In this document: positions 50,356 through 60,787 of the stretch, piece after piece
Numbering within the stretch: the stretch's first letter is position 1
Layout: each line of letters starts with the position of its first letter
NCBI GenBank assembly: GCA_965207885.1
Contig: OZ242311.1
Coordinates: 1,984,001 to 2,048,000 of the forward strand
DNA length: 64,000 nt
DNA from: Candidatus Latescibacterota bacterium
Lineage (GTDB): Bacteria > Latescibacterota > UBA2968
Direction: 5' to 3'
Notes under the pieces: model-generated
What the model was told of the DNA's origin: nothing
Databases searched by the model: none
What the model saw: only the letters and a program-made list of their open reading frames with translations
Position numbers and translations under genes: made by a program

Positions 50356-51159
50356 ATGCTCAAGATTGGAGAATTTGCCAGGCTTGTCGATGTGCCTGTC
50401 AAGACGTTGCGCTACTACGACGAGATTGGTTTGTTCAAATCCGATTACATCGATGAACAAACCGGCTACCGCTTTTACTCATTCGAGCAACTCCCACGGC
50501 TCAATCGCCTGCTGGCTCTCAAAGACCTGGGTCTGTCGTTGAGCCAGATTGATCAAATGCTGAAAGAAGACCTTTCGGCCGATCAACTTCGCGATATGCT
50601 TTTGCAGAAACAGGTCGAACTCGAAGATCTTGCCAGAGATATCCGGGAACGCGTTGCCCGCGTGGGAGCCAGACTGAGTCTTATTGAAATGGAGGATAAA
50701 ATGCCAGATTATGAAGTTGTCATCAAAACAGTTGATCCGGTTCTGGTCGCTTCTAAACAGGAGGCTATTCCACACTTTGCTGCCATCGGTTCTGTGATGG
50801 ACCGCCTGTACAATGGGGTTGTCGCCCATGTTGTGAAACACAAGGGACAGTTTGCGGGACCGGGCATTACGGTATGGCATGAAAATTTTAAACCCGAAGC
50901 AAACATACCGATCAAAAAAACCATACCAGAAGGTGATGATGTCAAGGTCCACGAGTTGCCGGGTGATCAAATGGCGTGTCTGGTACATCACGGAGGCTTT
51001 GAAGGTTTTCCTCTGGCCTATCAAGCGGGCGTTCAGTGGATTGAGACCAATGGCTATGAGATCACCGGACCGAGCCGAGAAGTGTATTTGCAATTTAGAC
51101 CCGATGGCGATCCAAAGGATTTTGTGACGGAAATACAGTTCCCCATTGCAAAAGTATAA
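50356..51159 (+). CDS. MerR family regulator with GyrI-like effector domain
   Basis: MLKIGEFARL..TLRYYDEIGL..TGYRFY; C-terminal REVYL..TEIQFPI. Confidence 0.92.
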   Translation: MLKIGEFARLVDVPVKTLRYYDEIGLFKSDYIDEQTGYRFYSFEQLPRLNRLLALKDLGLSLSQIDQMLKEDLSADQLRDMLLQKQVELEDLARDIRERVARVGARLSLIEMEDKMPDYEVVIKTVDPVLVASKQEAIPHFAAIGSVMDRLYNGVVAHVVKHKGQFAGPGITVWHENFKPEANIPIKKTIPEGDDVKVHELPGDQMACLVHHGGFEGFPLAYQAGVQWIETNGYEITGPSREVYLQFRPDGDPKDFVTEIQFPIAKV

Positions 51160-51188
51160 GCAGGGGCGGGTTTAAAACCCGCCCGTAC
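51160..51188. repeat. REP-like palindrome
   Basis: gcaggggcgggtttaaaacccgcccgtac. Confidence 0.5.
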
Positions 51189-51242
51189 ATCAGCGTCCGA
51201 CAAGAGAAATACCGGGATAGTTTTGTGTCCCGGTATTTTTTA

Positions 51243-51968
51243 CTATATGAAGTCCGATTTGAATTTTTCGATGCAGTCGTGTCGGGTGCCTTCAAAGAGG
51301 TAGATTTTGCCGCGGATAGTCGCGGTTTCTTCAGGCACGAGGGCACCTGCGCGAATGGATTGGTGCATGCAGCGCCAGGGGTTGTGACCCTGAACGGATA
51401 GAAAGTCCGCCCAGGCTATGCCCGCCACCCATGTACGATCTGTAGATTCGCGCATCAGAATGCCGCCTGTGGCATTGGTGGGCGATGTGGGCCATTTGTC
51501 AGACCAGACGGTTTCAGTATCTATTGCGCTGCGAAATGTGTGGTTGTAGTGAATGTCGCGGCGGATGAGGGGGACCAGACCTTCTTCGGCGAGAAACCAG
51601 GTGCGCTCGTGGTCGTCGTCAAAAAATGCTCGGGTTTCGGCAACTTCGGGCTGTTTGCCGGGGTTAAAGCATGGGATGATCGCGGCAATTTCGGGCCAGA
51701 TGCGGTCGGTTTTGTTGGTGATAGAGAGCAGCAGGTCAGCCCCGTTTTCACTGCCTGTGACGTTGAGACGCAGGCCGAGGTCGGGGTGTTCGAGGACGCC
51801 CGCATTGTCGTTTAGTGTTTTTTGCGGTACATGATCCCCGCCCGTGTGCTGGCCCGGGTGTACGGCTTCAAACATGTTCCATTCGTAGAACCAGAGGTAC
51901 ATGGTCAGATCATCTCGCCCATCGGGTGTGAATGAAAATCCGCGTCGCCATTTATTCAATGTGATCAT
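51243..51968 (-). CDS. Hypothetical protein
   Basis: 241-aa ORF colinear with the Nudix gene; no motif recognised. Confidence 0.6.
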   Translation of the reverse strand: MITLNKWRRGFSFTPDGRDDLTMYLWFYEWNMFEAVHPGQHTGGDHVPQKTLNDNAGVLEHPDLGLRLNVTGSENGADLLLSITNKTDRIWPEIAAIIPCFNPGKQPEVAETRAFFDDDHERTWFLAEEGLVPLIRRDIHYNHTFRSAIDTETVWSDKWPTSPTNATGGILMRESTDRTWVAGIAWADFLSVQGHNPWRCMHQSIRAGALVPEETATIRGKIYLFEGTRHDCIEKFKSDFI

Positions 51969-51984
51969 TTACGATCATCCCAAT

Positions 51985-52752
51985 TCAGATATTTTTTGCC
52001 ATGCCATTGGGCATGAAAATTTCGTGGCGCTCGGGGTCGGAGTAGCCTTCGATTTCCATGTGGGTGACGCCGGGGCTTTCGATAGCGGCTTTGACTATGT
52101 GTTTGTTAAATGTGCTGACAATTTCGCTGGAGAGATACTCCGGGACGGACAACCAGAGGCATTCTTCGATTTCTTCGGCCTGGATAGAAATGTCTTCGCT
52201 CAAGGGCGAGAGGCGGCAGACAAAGTAGATGTCCGATTTGTCGTAGCGGTAGCCGTGCCAGTGCCGGAAGCAGACCAGTTTTTCAAATTTTGTACGCACG
52301 CCGGTTTCTTCAAAGACTTCGCGCTGGACGCAGTCGGCAATGTGCTCGCCCGGGTGCAGAGCGCCCCCGGGAAGTTTGTAGTAGGGTCTTGTGGAGCTTC
52401 GGTGTAATTCGCTGACGACCAGGAGTTCTTCGCGCTCGTTGATGACGACCCCGCCAGCGCCTATGTAATGCGTGGCGTATTCGGGTATGAAGGCATTGGG
52501 ATCGAGGGGTTTGGTGAGCAAAAGATAGTCTATTCCTGAGTGGTGAAATGTAAATCCCGCTTGTGTTGCCACTGGAATGAGTGCTGCCCGTTCAATGGGG
52601 ATGTTGATCCAGACGAGCTTGAATGCCTCGCGTTTCCACTCCTGGAGGGATGCTGAAAGGCGCGTGCGAAATTCCTCGGGATTGTGCGGCAGTGCTGCTG
52701 GATCTAATTCAATGCCTTGAAAGCGATTTGGCGTGGCTTCGAGTATTTGCAT
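51985..52752 (-). CDS. Nudix hydrolase with pre-Nudix domain (plant NUDT2/7-like)
   Basis: GFTFHH, GAGGVV, LPGG..GE..REVFEETGV, KSDIYFVC. Confidence 0.9.
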   Translation of the reverse strand: MQILEATPNRFQGIELDPAALPHNPEEFRTRLSASLQEWKREAFKLVWINIPIERAALIPVATQAGFTFHHSGIDYLLLTKPLDPNAFIPEYATHYIGAGGVVINEREELLVVSELHRSSTRPYYKLPGGALHPGEHIADCVQREVFEETGVRTKFEKLVCFRHWHGYRYDKSDIYFVCRLSPLSEDISIQAEEIEECLWLSVPEYLSSEIVSTFNKHIVKAAIESPGVTHMEIEGYSDPERHEIFMPNGMAKNI

Positions 52753-52945
52753 AGATTACCTCGTTCATAGGATGGTTGTGAACCGGCACATGGTAAGGAA
52801 CATCACAAAATCGGGCAAGGGGTTTGCGGTGGGCAGTTCTACTTGACAGCGGTCATGAGGACAATCATATTGAATGAAATAAAAAATGATGCGCGAGGTT
52901 GAAACAGTTGATGGGTTGGAGGCGTTAAATTGAGGGAGGGATAAC

Positions 52946-54142
52946 ATGGTGTCTATTTTTGAACAGTTGGGCGTGCGCACGATTATCAATGCTGCTGGTC
53001 CGGTTACGCGTTTGAGCGGGGCGCGCATGGATGAGGATGTGATTGATGCCATGCGCGAGGCATCGCAGGTGTGTGTGGATATAGCAGAGCTACAGGCAGG
53101 GGCAGGAAAGTTGATTGCCGAGGTGACAGGTGCCGAAGCCGGATATGTGACATCGGGTGCTGCGGCGGGTCTGGTGCTCGCAACGGCGGCATGTGTTACG
53201 GGTATGGATCCGGGAAAGATGAACCGGTTGCCCGATACTTCGGGGATGAAAAATGAGGTGATTATGCCCCGGTCGCATCGCAATTTTTACGATCACGCGG
53301 TGCGTTCAGTGGGTGTGAAGCTCATCGAGGTGGGCATTCCCGATCGGTTTAGTGGCGCGGGCGTGCGCGATACAGAGGCCTGGGAAATTGCGGATGCGAT
53401 GACCGATCAGACTGCGGCGATTGTTTATGTGGCGCAGTCTTTTGCGCAGCCGCCTTTGCCACAGGTGACGGCTGTGGCGCGCAAACACGGCGTGCCCGTC
53501 ATTGTCGATGCTGCAGGACAGTTGCCGCCTGCGGCAAATTTGAAGCGGTTTATCAGCGAAGGTGCCGATGCGGTTTGTTTTAGCGGCGGGAAAACTATTG
53601 GCGGGCCTCAAGGTGCGGGCATTTTGTGCGGGCGTCGGGATCTGATTTCCTCGGCGGCATTGCAGCATCTGGATCTGGATGTATATTATGATTTGTGGGA
53701 TCCTCCGCCTGAATTGATCGATAAATCCGCGCTGCCGGGGGCGCCGCAGCATGGGATTGGGCGACCGTGCAAGGTGGGAAAGGAGCAGATTGCGGGGGTG
53801 ATGGTTGCACTGCAAAAGTTTGTCGCAGAAAGCGACGAGGCGCGACAGGCCCGCTGGTCGCAGTGCCTTCAGAATTTGGCAGATGAGATAAGTGATTTGC
53901 CGGGGTGCGATATGAGTATGGATGCCTACCGCACAATACCCATTTTGCGGCTCGAGCTTTCTCCGGCGGAAAGAGGCGTGGCGGTGGCGCGGCAATTAAT
54001 GGAAGGTGATCCGAGTATTCATATTAGTACATCGGGCGTTTACGATGGCGTGTTGATTTTTAATCCCATGTGTTTATCAGAAGATATGATCAAACCGATT
54101 GCCGATCGGTTAAAAGTGTTAATCACGAGTTGCGATTCGTGA
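52946..54142 (+). CDS. SelA/DgaE-like PLP-dependent enzyme
   Basis: IINAAG..TRLSG, VTSGAAAG, VDAA, FSGGK..GGPQ..G. Confidence 0.85.
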   Translation: MVSIFEQLGVRTIINAAGPVTRLSGARMDEDVIDAMREASQVCVDIAELQAGAGKLIAEVTGAEAGYVTSGAAAGLVLATAACVTGMDPGKMNRLPDTSGMKNEVIMPRSHRNFYDHAVRSVGVKLIEVGIPDRFSGAGVRDTEAWEIADAMTDQTAAIVYVAQSFAQPPLPQVTAVARKHGVPVIVDAAGQLPPAANLKRFISEGADAVCFSGGKTIGGPQGAGILCGRRDLISSAALQHLDLDVYYDLWDPPPELIDKSALPGAPQHGIGRPCKVGKEQIAGVMVALQKFVAESDEARQARWSQCLQNLADEISDLPGCDMSMDAYRTIPILRLELSPAERGVAVARQLMEGDPSIHISTSGVYDGVLIFNPMCLSEDMIKPIADRLKVLITSCDS

Positions 54143-54210
54143 GTTTCCCAACCATTGTACGCAGGCTTTGCCTGAGCACTAATTCCCCCATTTTACAAAG
54201 GAGGCGTGCC

Positions 54211-54891
54211 ATGGGTGTTATCACTATTTCAAGGGAATACGGAAGTGATGGACGTACTGTTGCCCGGAAGGTTGCCGAGACACTGTCTTATCACAATATA
54301 GATAAAGATTTGCTCGTTGAGGTGGCACAAAAAGCCCAGGTGCCCGTGTCAGAAGTCGAACGCTATGACGAGCTACCCGAACATCCCGCTCTGAGAATTT
54401 TGCGAAAATTTCTCACGCCTGGATACGCAGATACCTTGACGGGTTTGTCGGAATACGAATGGTGGGCTGCGGCGACCGTGCCCGAGTTGTCCGACCACCG
54501 AGATCAGGCACTGATAACCATGGATGAAGAGGTGTACGCGAAGTTGACCGCAGAAGTGGAGATGCAGATGGCCGATCAGGGCGATGTGGTTATATTGGGG
54601 AGAGGTGGGCAAGCCGTCTTGAAGGGCCGCGAAGATACGTTGCATGTGCGCGTGGTGGCGACGCAAGACTTTAAGCTGGATGTGGTGAAAGACCGCGATC
54701 AATTGACCAATGACGAGGATGCAATAAGGCGAATGAGAGGCGTGGATGAGCGCCGCAGGACGTATATCAAACGCCATTATAAGGTGGCCTGGGATAATCC
54801 ACATCTATACTCTGTCATAGTGAATACCGGCTTTTTGGGCGTTGATGGAGCCGTAGATGCGATTGTTTGCGCTGCTCATAAGGTGTTGTGA
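54211..54891 (+). CDS. Cytidylate kinase-like family protein
   Basis: VITISREYGSDG, VILGRGG, Y..IVNT; start ATG 54211 after AGGAGG. Confidence 0.85.
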   Translation: MGVITISREYGSDGRTVARKVAETLSYHNIDKDLLVEVAQKAQVPVSEVERYDELPEHPALRILRKFLTPGYADTLTGLSEYEWWAAATVPELSDHRDQALITMDEEVYAKLTAEVEMQMADQGDVVILGRGGQAVLKGREDTLHVRVVATQDFKLDVVKDRDQLTNDEDAIRRMRGVDERRRTYIKRHYKVAWDNPHLYSVIVNTGFLGVDGAVDAIVCAAHKVL

Positions 54892-54896
54892 AGCTA

Positions 54897-56309
54897 TCAA
54901 AGCCCCATTTCTATATACGCCCGTGCGATTTTTTCTATGGCGATGACAAAAGCAGCTGTGCGTAAATCCGGCACGTTGTCGCGAGATTTGTGGATTTCAC
55001 TCATGGTTTGATAGGCAGTGCTCATGGTGTCTTCGAGGCCAGAGCGCACGAGGTCCAGTTCATCTGATCCGTAAGAGAGTCTTGCTTTGAGGTGGTCGGG
55101 AACGGGTTTGCCAACCATTTCTTCCAGGGCGGTGATGATTTGCGCACCGCGATGTGCTTCGTGGCGTCTGTCGAGGCGCCCGAACCGGATGTGCGAGAGG
55201 TTCTTGATCCATTCAAAATAAGAAACTGTGACGCCGCCCGCATTGAGGTAGGCGTCGGGGATGATGGTTTTTCCCGCTTTGCGCAATACGTTGTCTGCCA
55301 TGTAAGTGACGGGACCGTTGGCCGCTTCTGCAATTACTGGCGCTTTGATGCGTCTGGCATTTTCAAGTGTGATCTGGCCTTCAATAGCGGCTGGTATGAG
55401 CATGTCGCATTCTGCTTCGAGCAGGCTTTTGCCATTTGCAATATAGGTGGCTCCCGGAAAGTGTTTTAATGAACCGCGTTCCGCGCGGTAAGCAGCGACT
55501 TCTTCAATTGAGAATCCCTCCTCTGATAGGATTGCTCCTTCGCGTTCAATAATGCCGATGATGCGCGCGCCACCTTCTTCTTCGAGATATTTGGTCGCGT
55601 GAAAGCCCACATTACCCAATCCTTGCACGATTATGCGTTTGCCTTCCAAATTGCCTTTCAGGCCCGCGTTTTTGACGTCTTCTGAGTTGTTAAAAAATTC
55701 CTTGATGCCGTAAAATACACCCCGTCCGGTTGCTTCGACGCGCCCCTGAATGCCGCCCTGGGAAAAGGGTTTGCCCGTTGTGCAGGCAATGGCGTTGATG
55801 TCTTCCGGGTGCAGGCTGCGATACGTGTCTGCGATCCAGGCCATTTCCCGTTCTCCTGTTCCCATGTCGGGTGCCGGGACGTTGAGAGCTGGATTGATAT
55901 ATCCCTTTTTGATCAATTCCTGTGCAAAACGTCGGGTAATGAGTTCGAGTTCATACTCGTTGTATTCGCGGGGATCAATGCATAGCCCACCTTTGGCACC
56001 GCCAAAGGGCACATCGACGATCGCGCATTTGTACGTCATGAGTGCGGCGAGTGCTTCCACGTCATCCTGACTGACAGTGGGGGCGTAACGGATGCCTCCT
56101 TTGACGGGCAGGCGATGTTCACTGTGAACAGAGCGCCATCCCGTGAAGATGCGATAGCTGTCGCGGAGTTTGACAAAGAAGCGCACCAGGTAAATGTTGT
56201 TGTTGATTTTGATCTGGTCAGCCAGCCCTGGAGGCAAATCGAGCGTTGCCACTGCGCGGTCAAACATGAGGTCAACGCTTTCTTTGAACCTGGGTTCATG
56301 TGAGGCCAT
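54897..56309 (-). CDS. gdhA: Glutamate dehydrogenase (Glu/Leu/Phe/Val family)
   Basis: KGGIRY, MTYKCA, PFGGAKGG, PAPDMGT, QGLGNVG, EAANGP, NAGGVTVSYFEW. Confidence 0.92.
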   Translation of the reverse strand: MASHEPRFKESVDLMFDRAVATLDLPPGLADQIKINNNIYLVRFFVKLRDSYRIFTGWRSVHSEHRLPVKGGIRYAPTVSQDDVEALAALMTYKCAIVDVPFGGAKGGLCIDPREYNEYELELITRRFAQELIKKGYINPALNVPAPDMGTGEREMAWIADTYRSLHPEDINAIACTTGKPFSQGGIQGRVEATGRGVFYGIKEFFNNSEDVKNAGLKGNLEGKRIIVQGLGNVGFHATKYLEEEGGARIIGIIEREGAILSEEGFSIEEVAAYRAERGSLKHFPGATYIANGKSLLEAECDMLIPAAIEGQITLENARRIKAPVIAEAANGPVTYMADNVLRKAGKTIIPDAYLNAGGVTVSYFEWIKNLSHIRFGRLDRRHEAHRGAQIITALEEMVGKPVPDHLKARLSYGSDELDLVRSGLEDTMSTAYQTMSEIHKSRDNVPDLRTAAFVIAIEKIARAYIEMGL

Positions 56310-56351
56310 AAGTATTTCTCCGGAAATGGTGGGGCATGGGATGAAGTGTTC

Positions 56352-57242
56352 TTATAAAAGATGATGCAGAGCAGGCTCAAGGTGGGGATGGGCAAAGGAA
56401 AAGCTGGTGTTTTCGAGGCGTGAAGGGATAACGCGGGTGCTTGCGAGTAATAGGGCATCGGCCATTTCGCCCAGTGCGAGTTTGGCGGCAAAGGCGGGTA
56501 GCGGAAAAATTGTCGGGCGAGATAAGACGCGTCCGAGGGTTTTGGTAAATTCGCGATTGGTAACAGGTGTTGGGGATACGGCGTTGATGGCACCGCTGAT
56601 AGATTCATGGTCTATTGCAAAGAGGAATAGAGAGATCAGGTCGTCGAGGGTGATCCAGCTCATGTACTGATTGCCCGATCCGATGATGCCGCCCAATCCC
56701 AATTTGAAGGGCAAGAGCATTTTGCCGAGCGCCCCGCCTGTGGGGGATAGAACAATGCCAATGCGCGGGTGAACGGTTCGTATGCCGGCTTCTGTAGCGG
56801 GTTTGGCGGCGTTTTCCCAGGCGACGGATACGTTCGGGAGAAAGCCTTCTCCTGGCTGGCTGTCTTCGGTGAGGATTTCGTCGTCGCGGTTGCCGTAATA
56901 ACCGATGGCAGAAGCGGAGAGAAAGACTTTTGGCGGCGGAGATATAGACGCGAGTGTTTGGGCGAGCAGTGTGGTGCCCTGTACGCGACTGTCGCGGATG
57001 CGCGCCTTTTGCGCTGCGGTCCAGCGTCGGGAGGCGATGTTTTCTCCGGCGAGGTGTATGATGCCATCTATATTGGTGAGGCGCGAGGGATCAAGGGTAT
57101 CAGAAGATGGGTCCCAGGTGATTTCATCGGTGTTGTGGGTATTGCGTCGAGTGAGAGACAAGACGCGGTCACCTCGCGCGCTCAGTGCGGTTTTGAGTGC
57201 CGAGCCAATGAGGCCAGAGGCACCGGATATCAGAATTTTCAT
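56352..57242 (-). CDS. TIGR01777 family NAD-dependent epimerase/oxidoreductase
   Basis: ISGASGLIG, HLAGENI..RW, SASAIGYYG, GLGG.IGSG.Q.MSWI. Confidence 0.92.
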   Translation of the reverse strand: MKILISGASGLIGSALKTALSARGDRVLSLTRRNTHNTDEITWDPSSDTLDPSRLTNIDGIIHLAGENIASRRWTAAQKARIRDSRVQGTTLLAQTLASISPPPKVFLSASAIGYYGNRDDEILTEDSQPGEGFLPNVSVAWENAAKPATEAGIRTVHPRIGIVLSPTGGALGKMLLPFKLGLGGIIGSGNQYMSWITLDDLISLFLFAIDHESISGAINAVSPTPVTNREFTKTLGRVLSRPTIFPLPAFAAKLALGEMADALLLASTRVIPSRLENTSFSFAHPHLEPALHHLL

Positions 57243-57255
57243 AATTTTCAACTTT

Positions 57256-57325
57256 CGGGACGGCACAGGGGCCGTCCCCTAAGGTGATATTGTGGTTTGT
57301 AGGGGCGACCCCCTGTGGTCGCCCG
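57256..57325. repeat. Inverted pair of GTAG-type REP-like palindromes
   Basis: cgggacggcacaggggccgtcccctaa and gtaggggcgaccccctgtggtcgcccg. Confidence 0.55.
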
Positions 57326-57329
57326 CTGA

Positions 57330-57743
57330 TTACTGTTGATAGAGCATGAGATAGATGATGACGCCGGTAATTGAGACAAATATCCAACTGGGCCAAACCC
57401 ATCGCGCCAGGCGGCGGTGGCGATCAAATTCGCCTTTGTAGGCTCGCCAGACCAGCGTGATGATGAAGGGTACATTGACGGCAGCGAGGATGATGTGCGG
57501 AATGAGTATGGCAAAGTAGATCGGGCGCGTCCAATCGCGGTGTGGATAAGGCACAGAGCCGACCTGACTGTGATAGATGAGGTATGAGGTCAGAAACAGA
57601 GCCGATAAGATCAACGCTGTGACCATGCATTTTTGATGCGTTTTGATGTCGCCGCGTTTGATATAGATGAATCCCAACACAAGAAAGATGGTGCAAAGTC
57701 CGTTGAGAAAGGCGTTTGCCGCGGGCAAGTCTGTGATGGACAT
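57330..57743 (-). CDS. DUF420 membrane protein
   Basis: LPAANAFLN, HQKCM, FLTSYLIYH, HRRLAR..W..VSITGV. Confidence 0.88.
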   Translation of the reverse strand: MSITDLPAANAFLNGLCTIFLVLGFIYIKRGDIKTHQKCMVTALILSALFLTSYLIYHSQVGSVPYPHRDWTRPIYFAILIPHIILAAVNVPFIITLVWRAYKGEFDRHRRLARWVWPSWIFVSITGVIIYLMLYQQ

Positions 57744-57746
57744 AGT

Positions 57747-60326
57747 CTAACGTTTATCCAGTGCTTGTTCAATTAAGTGGAGGATATAGCCGGTGTGAGC
57801 TTCGGTGCTTGCATCGATTGTTTTTTTGTTTTTGAGCATGCTTTGTATGGCTTTGAGATTGTGCAGGGCGATGGCGCGAGAAGCATAGATCCGCTTGCTT
57901 TCGGGGTCGATGATGTCGATGAGTCGATTGACGTATTCAGCCTGCAAGTTCTGGCGGAAAGAATTGACTGTGCCTTCGGCATCTGCCTCAAAGACGGCAT
58001 TGGTCAAATCGGTCATCATATCGGATAGTGCGTATTCGTTGCCATAAAGCGCGGTGTCGAGCAGGCGGCCTTGCACTGTGGAGTGTAAGAGATGGCTGAA
58101 GACGCGCTGTTGAATGCCGATTACGCGGTCGTGAATTTTAGGATCTTCTGGGGCGCGGGAGAAGCCGAATCCGCGTCGCTGTTCCTGCAAATGGTTATAG
58201 AGCCTGGGCGGCATATCAAATGCATTGGGCGATAGGACGTATTTGGCGATTGCGTCCATCGCGCGTTTCTGGTCGGCGAGAGCTACTGGCGTGAATGGCC
58301 GGGTTGCGCCGGTTTGACCGATGACTGCGCGGTCAACGTAAATGCCGCCGATATAACGGGAGAGTACGATTGCGGCATTGCGGTGCTGCGCAGTGAGAAT
58401 GAGGTAGGCCGTTTTCAGTTCGTGATAGGTGTTGCCTGGCGTGTTGTACTTTGCGAGGATTTTGTTTTTGACGTCGTTTACCAGTTCAATCCGACCCGTG
58501 GCGTGGACGATGGCATCGCTGCTGAGGTCGTAGATCATCACGCGCGGGTCAATGCCGCGATTCGACGAGCGCATGTCGTCGGCGTCATTGCCAAACATGA
58601 GTTCGGGTTCTGTGGAGCGTGCGAGAATTTTTTCGAGGCGTTTTTGTTCGTCTTTGATATTGTCCCACCCGGGAGAATATCCAAATTCAATAGCCCAAAT
58701 ATCGTAGGGACCAGGACGCGTGGTATAGTAATGCCCCTGTTTTTGCCCGGGCAATGCGAGGTTGACACTTGGATAGTCCATTACCGAACCCGTGAGGCCC
58801 ATTTTGCCGGTTCGGCTTTTGTCGTGCAGTTGTGCTGGGGTGTGAAGTTGACTGGATTTCATGTTGTGGTTGAGACCGAGCGTGTGGCCGATTTCGTGCA
58901 GGATGAGAAAGTAGATGCTTTCTTTGAGCAGTGCGTCAACTTCAATTTTGGACGCGCCAGAAACGCGCAGGGCCTGTGTGCCAAAGAGGTTGGATGCGTG
59001 TAACTCGTGGCCCAGGGAACAGTATTGAGGCATGTCCGAATCGGCATTGCGTGTCGCATTGTCAAAGAGCTTGTCATAGCGCAGGCTGCTCGTGAGAAAT
59101 GCAAATTCGAGCATGATGTCGGCACCCAATATTTGCCCGGTTCGCGGGTTGACAAAGCTCGGCCCATATCCGCCAAATGGCGGATTGGGCGACGAGGTCC
59201 AGCGCAGGACATTGTATCGGATATCGCCGGCTTCCCAATCGGCATCATCGGGCTGTTCTTTGACATGTACGGCGTTTTTGAAGCCAGCGGCTTCAAAGGC
59301 GATATTCCAGGCAAGAGCTGCTTTTTTGATGGTTGGACGCAATTCGTGCGGGGTGGTGTTTTCGATCCAATAGGTGATTGGCACGACTGGTGCAGAGCGT
59401 TTGGCTTTGGGATCCCTTTTTTTCAGATGCCAGCGGTGAATTAAATCGCGATAAGGTGTCGCGCTTTTGGAGGTTAGATCAGTCACTTGTGTGCTGAAGT
59501 AGCCGACGCGCGGGTCGTCAAATCGCGGTTGATAATCATTTTTGGGCATTTCGATCAGGGTGTGTTGCAGGGCAATCGTCACATTGCGGGCATCGGTTAT
59601 GCCGTCGCCACCGCCTTTGGGATTGGGATTTTCATAGGTGTAGGCGATGATGAAATCCGTGTTTTTGGGATAATTTGTGATGGATAGACATTTGGTTTTG
59701 GTTTTGCTGAGTCTGCCCAGGGAGAAATTGTTGCGGTTCTGCGTTCGGTTGACGCGATGGAGTGCTTCTGTGAGGAAAATACCATCGGCTTTGATGAGGA
59801 TATTGCCCGTGGAGTCATTGCGTGCCGCGATTTTTTCCGATACGAGAATAGAAGGGCTGATGTTGGCTTTGGCTGCGCGGCTCAGGGCGTTTTTGGGATC
59901 GAAATAATACGCGGTGTTTTCAGAGATGATTTCGATTTTGTCAAAGTGCTTTTGAATGGAAAGCACGCGGCTACCGCGATAATTGCCCCTGTATGTTCCC
60001 GCTGATACGGGGGCGTTGACAGTGTGGGTGAAGTAGATGTATTCTTTGCCGATTTGCGATTCGCGGATTTGCAATTGCAACGCGCCTGTGGTCGTGTCTT
60101 CATAAACGGTGAAGAGACCGGGGTACTTGCGGCTGGATTTGGTGAGGTCGGCTATGGTTTTCTTTGGTGTGTCTTTTTTGGGTGTTCCCTTTTTTTGAGT
60201 TTTTGCGGAGTCTCGTTTGGCGACCTTTGTCGAATCCGCAGGTTGTTTTTCCTGCGCTTGAACGGAGAATGCGATTCCAAAGACGAGAGCGACTGCAATT
60301 AATAGGCGTTGAGAATTCACGGTCAT
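57747..60326 (-). CDS. Secreted Zn-dependent metalloprotease (DUF5117/DUF4953 type)
   Basis: Signal peptide; PRFDDPRVGYF, WNIAFEAAGF, HEIGHTLGLNHNM, SVMDY Met-turn. Confidence 0.88.
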   Translation of the reverse strand: MTVNSQRLLIAVALVFGIAFSVQAQEKQPADSTKVAKRDSAKTQKKGTPKKDTPKKTIADLTKSSRKYPGLFTVYEDTTTGALQLQIRESQIGKEYIYFTHTVNAPVSAGTYRGNYRGSRVLSIQKHFDKIEIISENTAYYFDPKNALSRAAKANISPSILVSEKIAARNDSTGNILIKADGIFLTEALHRVNRTQNRNNFSLGRLSKTKTKCLSITNYPKNTDFIIAYTYENPNPKGGGDGITDARNVTIALQHTLIEMPKNDYQPRFDDPRVGYFSTQVTDLTSKSATPYRDLIHRWHLKKRDPKAKRSAPVVPITYWIENTTPHELRPTIKKAALAWNIAFEAAGFKNAVHVKEQPDDADWEAGDIRYNVLRWTSSPNPPFGGYGPSFVNPRTGQILGADIMLEFAFLTSSLRYDKLFDNATRNADSDMPQYCSLGHELHASNLFGTQALRVSGASKIEVDALLKESIYFLILHEIGHTLGLNHNMKSSQLHTPAQLHDKSRTGKMGLTGSVMDYPSVNLALPGQKQGHYYTTRPGPYDIWAIEFGYSPGWDNIKDEQKRLEKILARSTEPELMFGNDADDMRSSNRGIDPRVMIYDLSSDAIVHATGRIELVNDVKNKILAKYNTPGNTYHELKTAYLILTAQHRNAAIVLSRYIGGIYVDRAVIGQTGATRPFTPVALADQKRAMDAIAKYVLSPNAFDMPPRLYNHLQEQRRGFGFSRAPEDPKIHDRVIGIQQRVFSHLLHSTVQGRLLDTALYGNEYALSDMMTDLTNAVFEADAEGTVNSFRQNLQAEYVNRLIDIIDPESKRIYASRAIALHNLKAIQSMLKNKKTIDASTEAHTGYILHLIEQALDKR

Positions 60327-60506
60327 ATCTCCTTTCTTCTGGTCATTATGGATATCTTCGCTACGCAAAATTACCCAATTATTTTAAAATTTTCAAGTGT
60401 GTATTGTATATCGGCTATATGCGCTATCAATTGACTTTATGTTTTTTTTCCGTATCTTTTCCGTTCAATTTTTTGAAAGGTTAGATCATTAGCACGAGGT
60501 ATAACA

Positions 60507-60701
60507 ATGGCAGAGGCGGGAAGCGCGTGGTTGACGCCTAAGGAGATCGCGGATCGGTTGAGTAGTCGAAAAGCGAGAGAAGTACAGGAAGATTTGCTTT
60601 ATGGGCGCCGAACTCGTCGGGAGATATTGGATCTGGTGATGGAAGCTGTGGGCTGCAATGAATATTCTGCGGAAGATTTTTTGCGTGAAATTGTGAAGTG
60701 A
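60507..60701 (+). CDS. Small hypothetical protein
   Basis: 64 aa with GAGGT RBS, upstream of nadB. Confidence 0.55.
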   Translation: MAEAGSAWLTPKEIADRLSSRKAREVQEDLLYGRRTRREILDLVMEAVGCNEYSAEDFLREIVK

Positions 60702-60787
60702 GTAAAAACTGACCGCTATTTATGTTTGCCGCGTATCGAATCGTCAATACGCGGCTCGATATTTTTTGACCTGTAGGGTACAACGCC

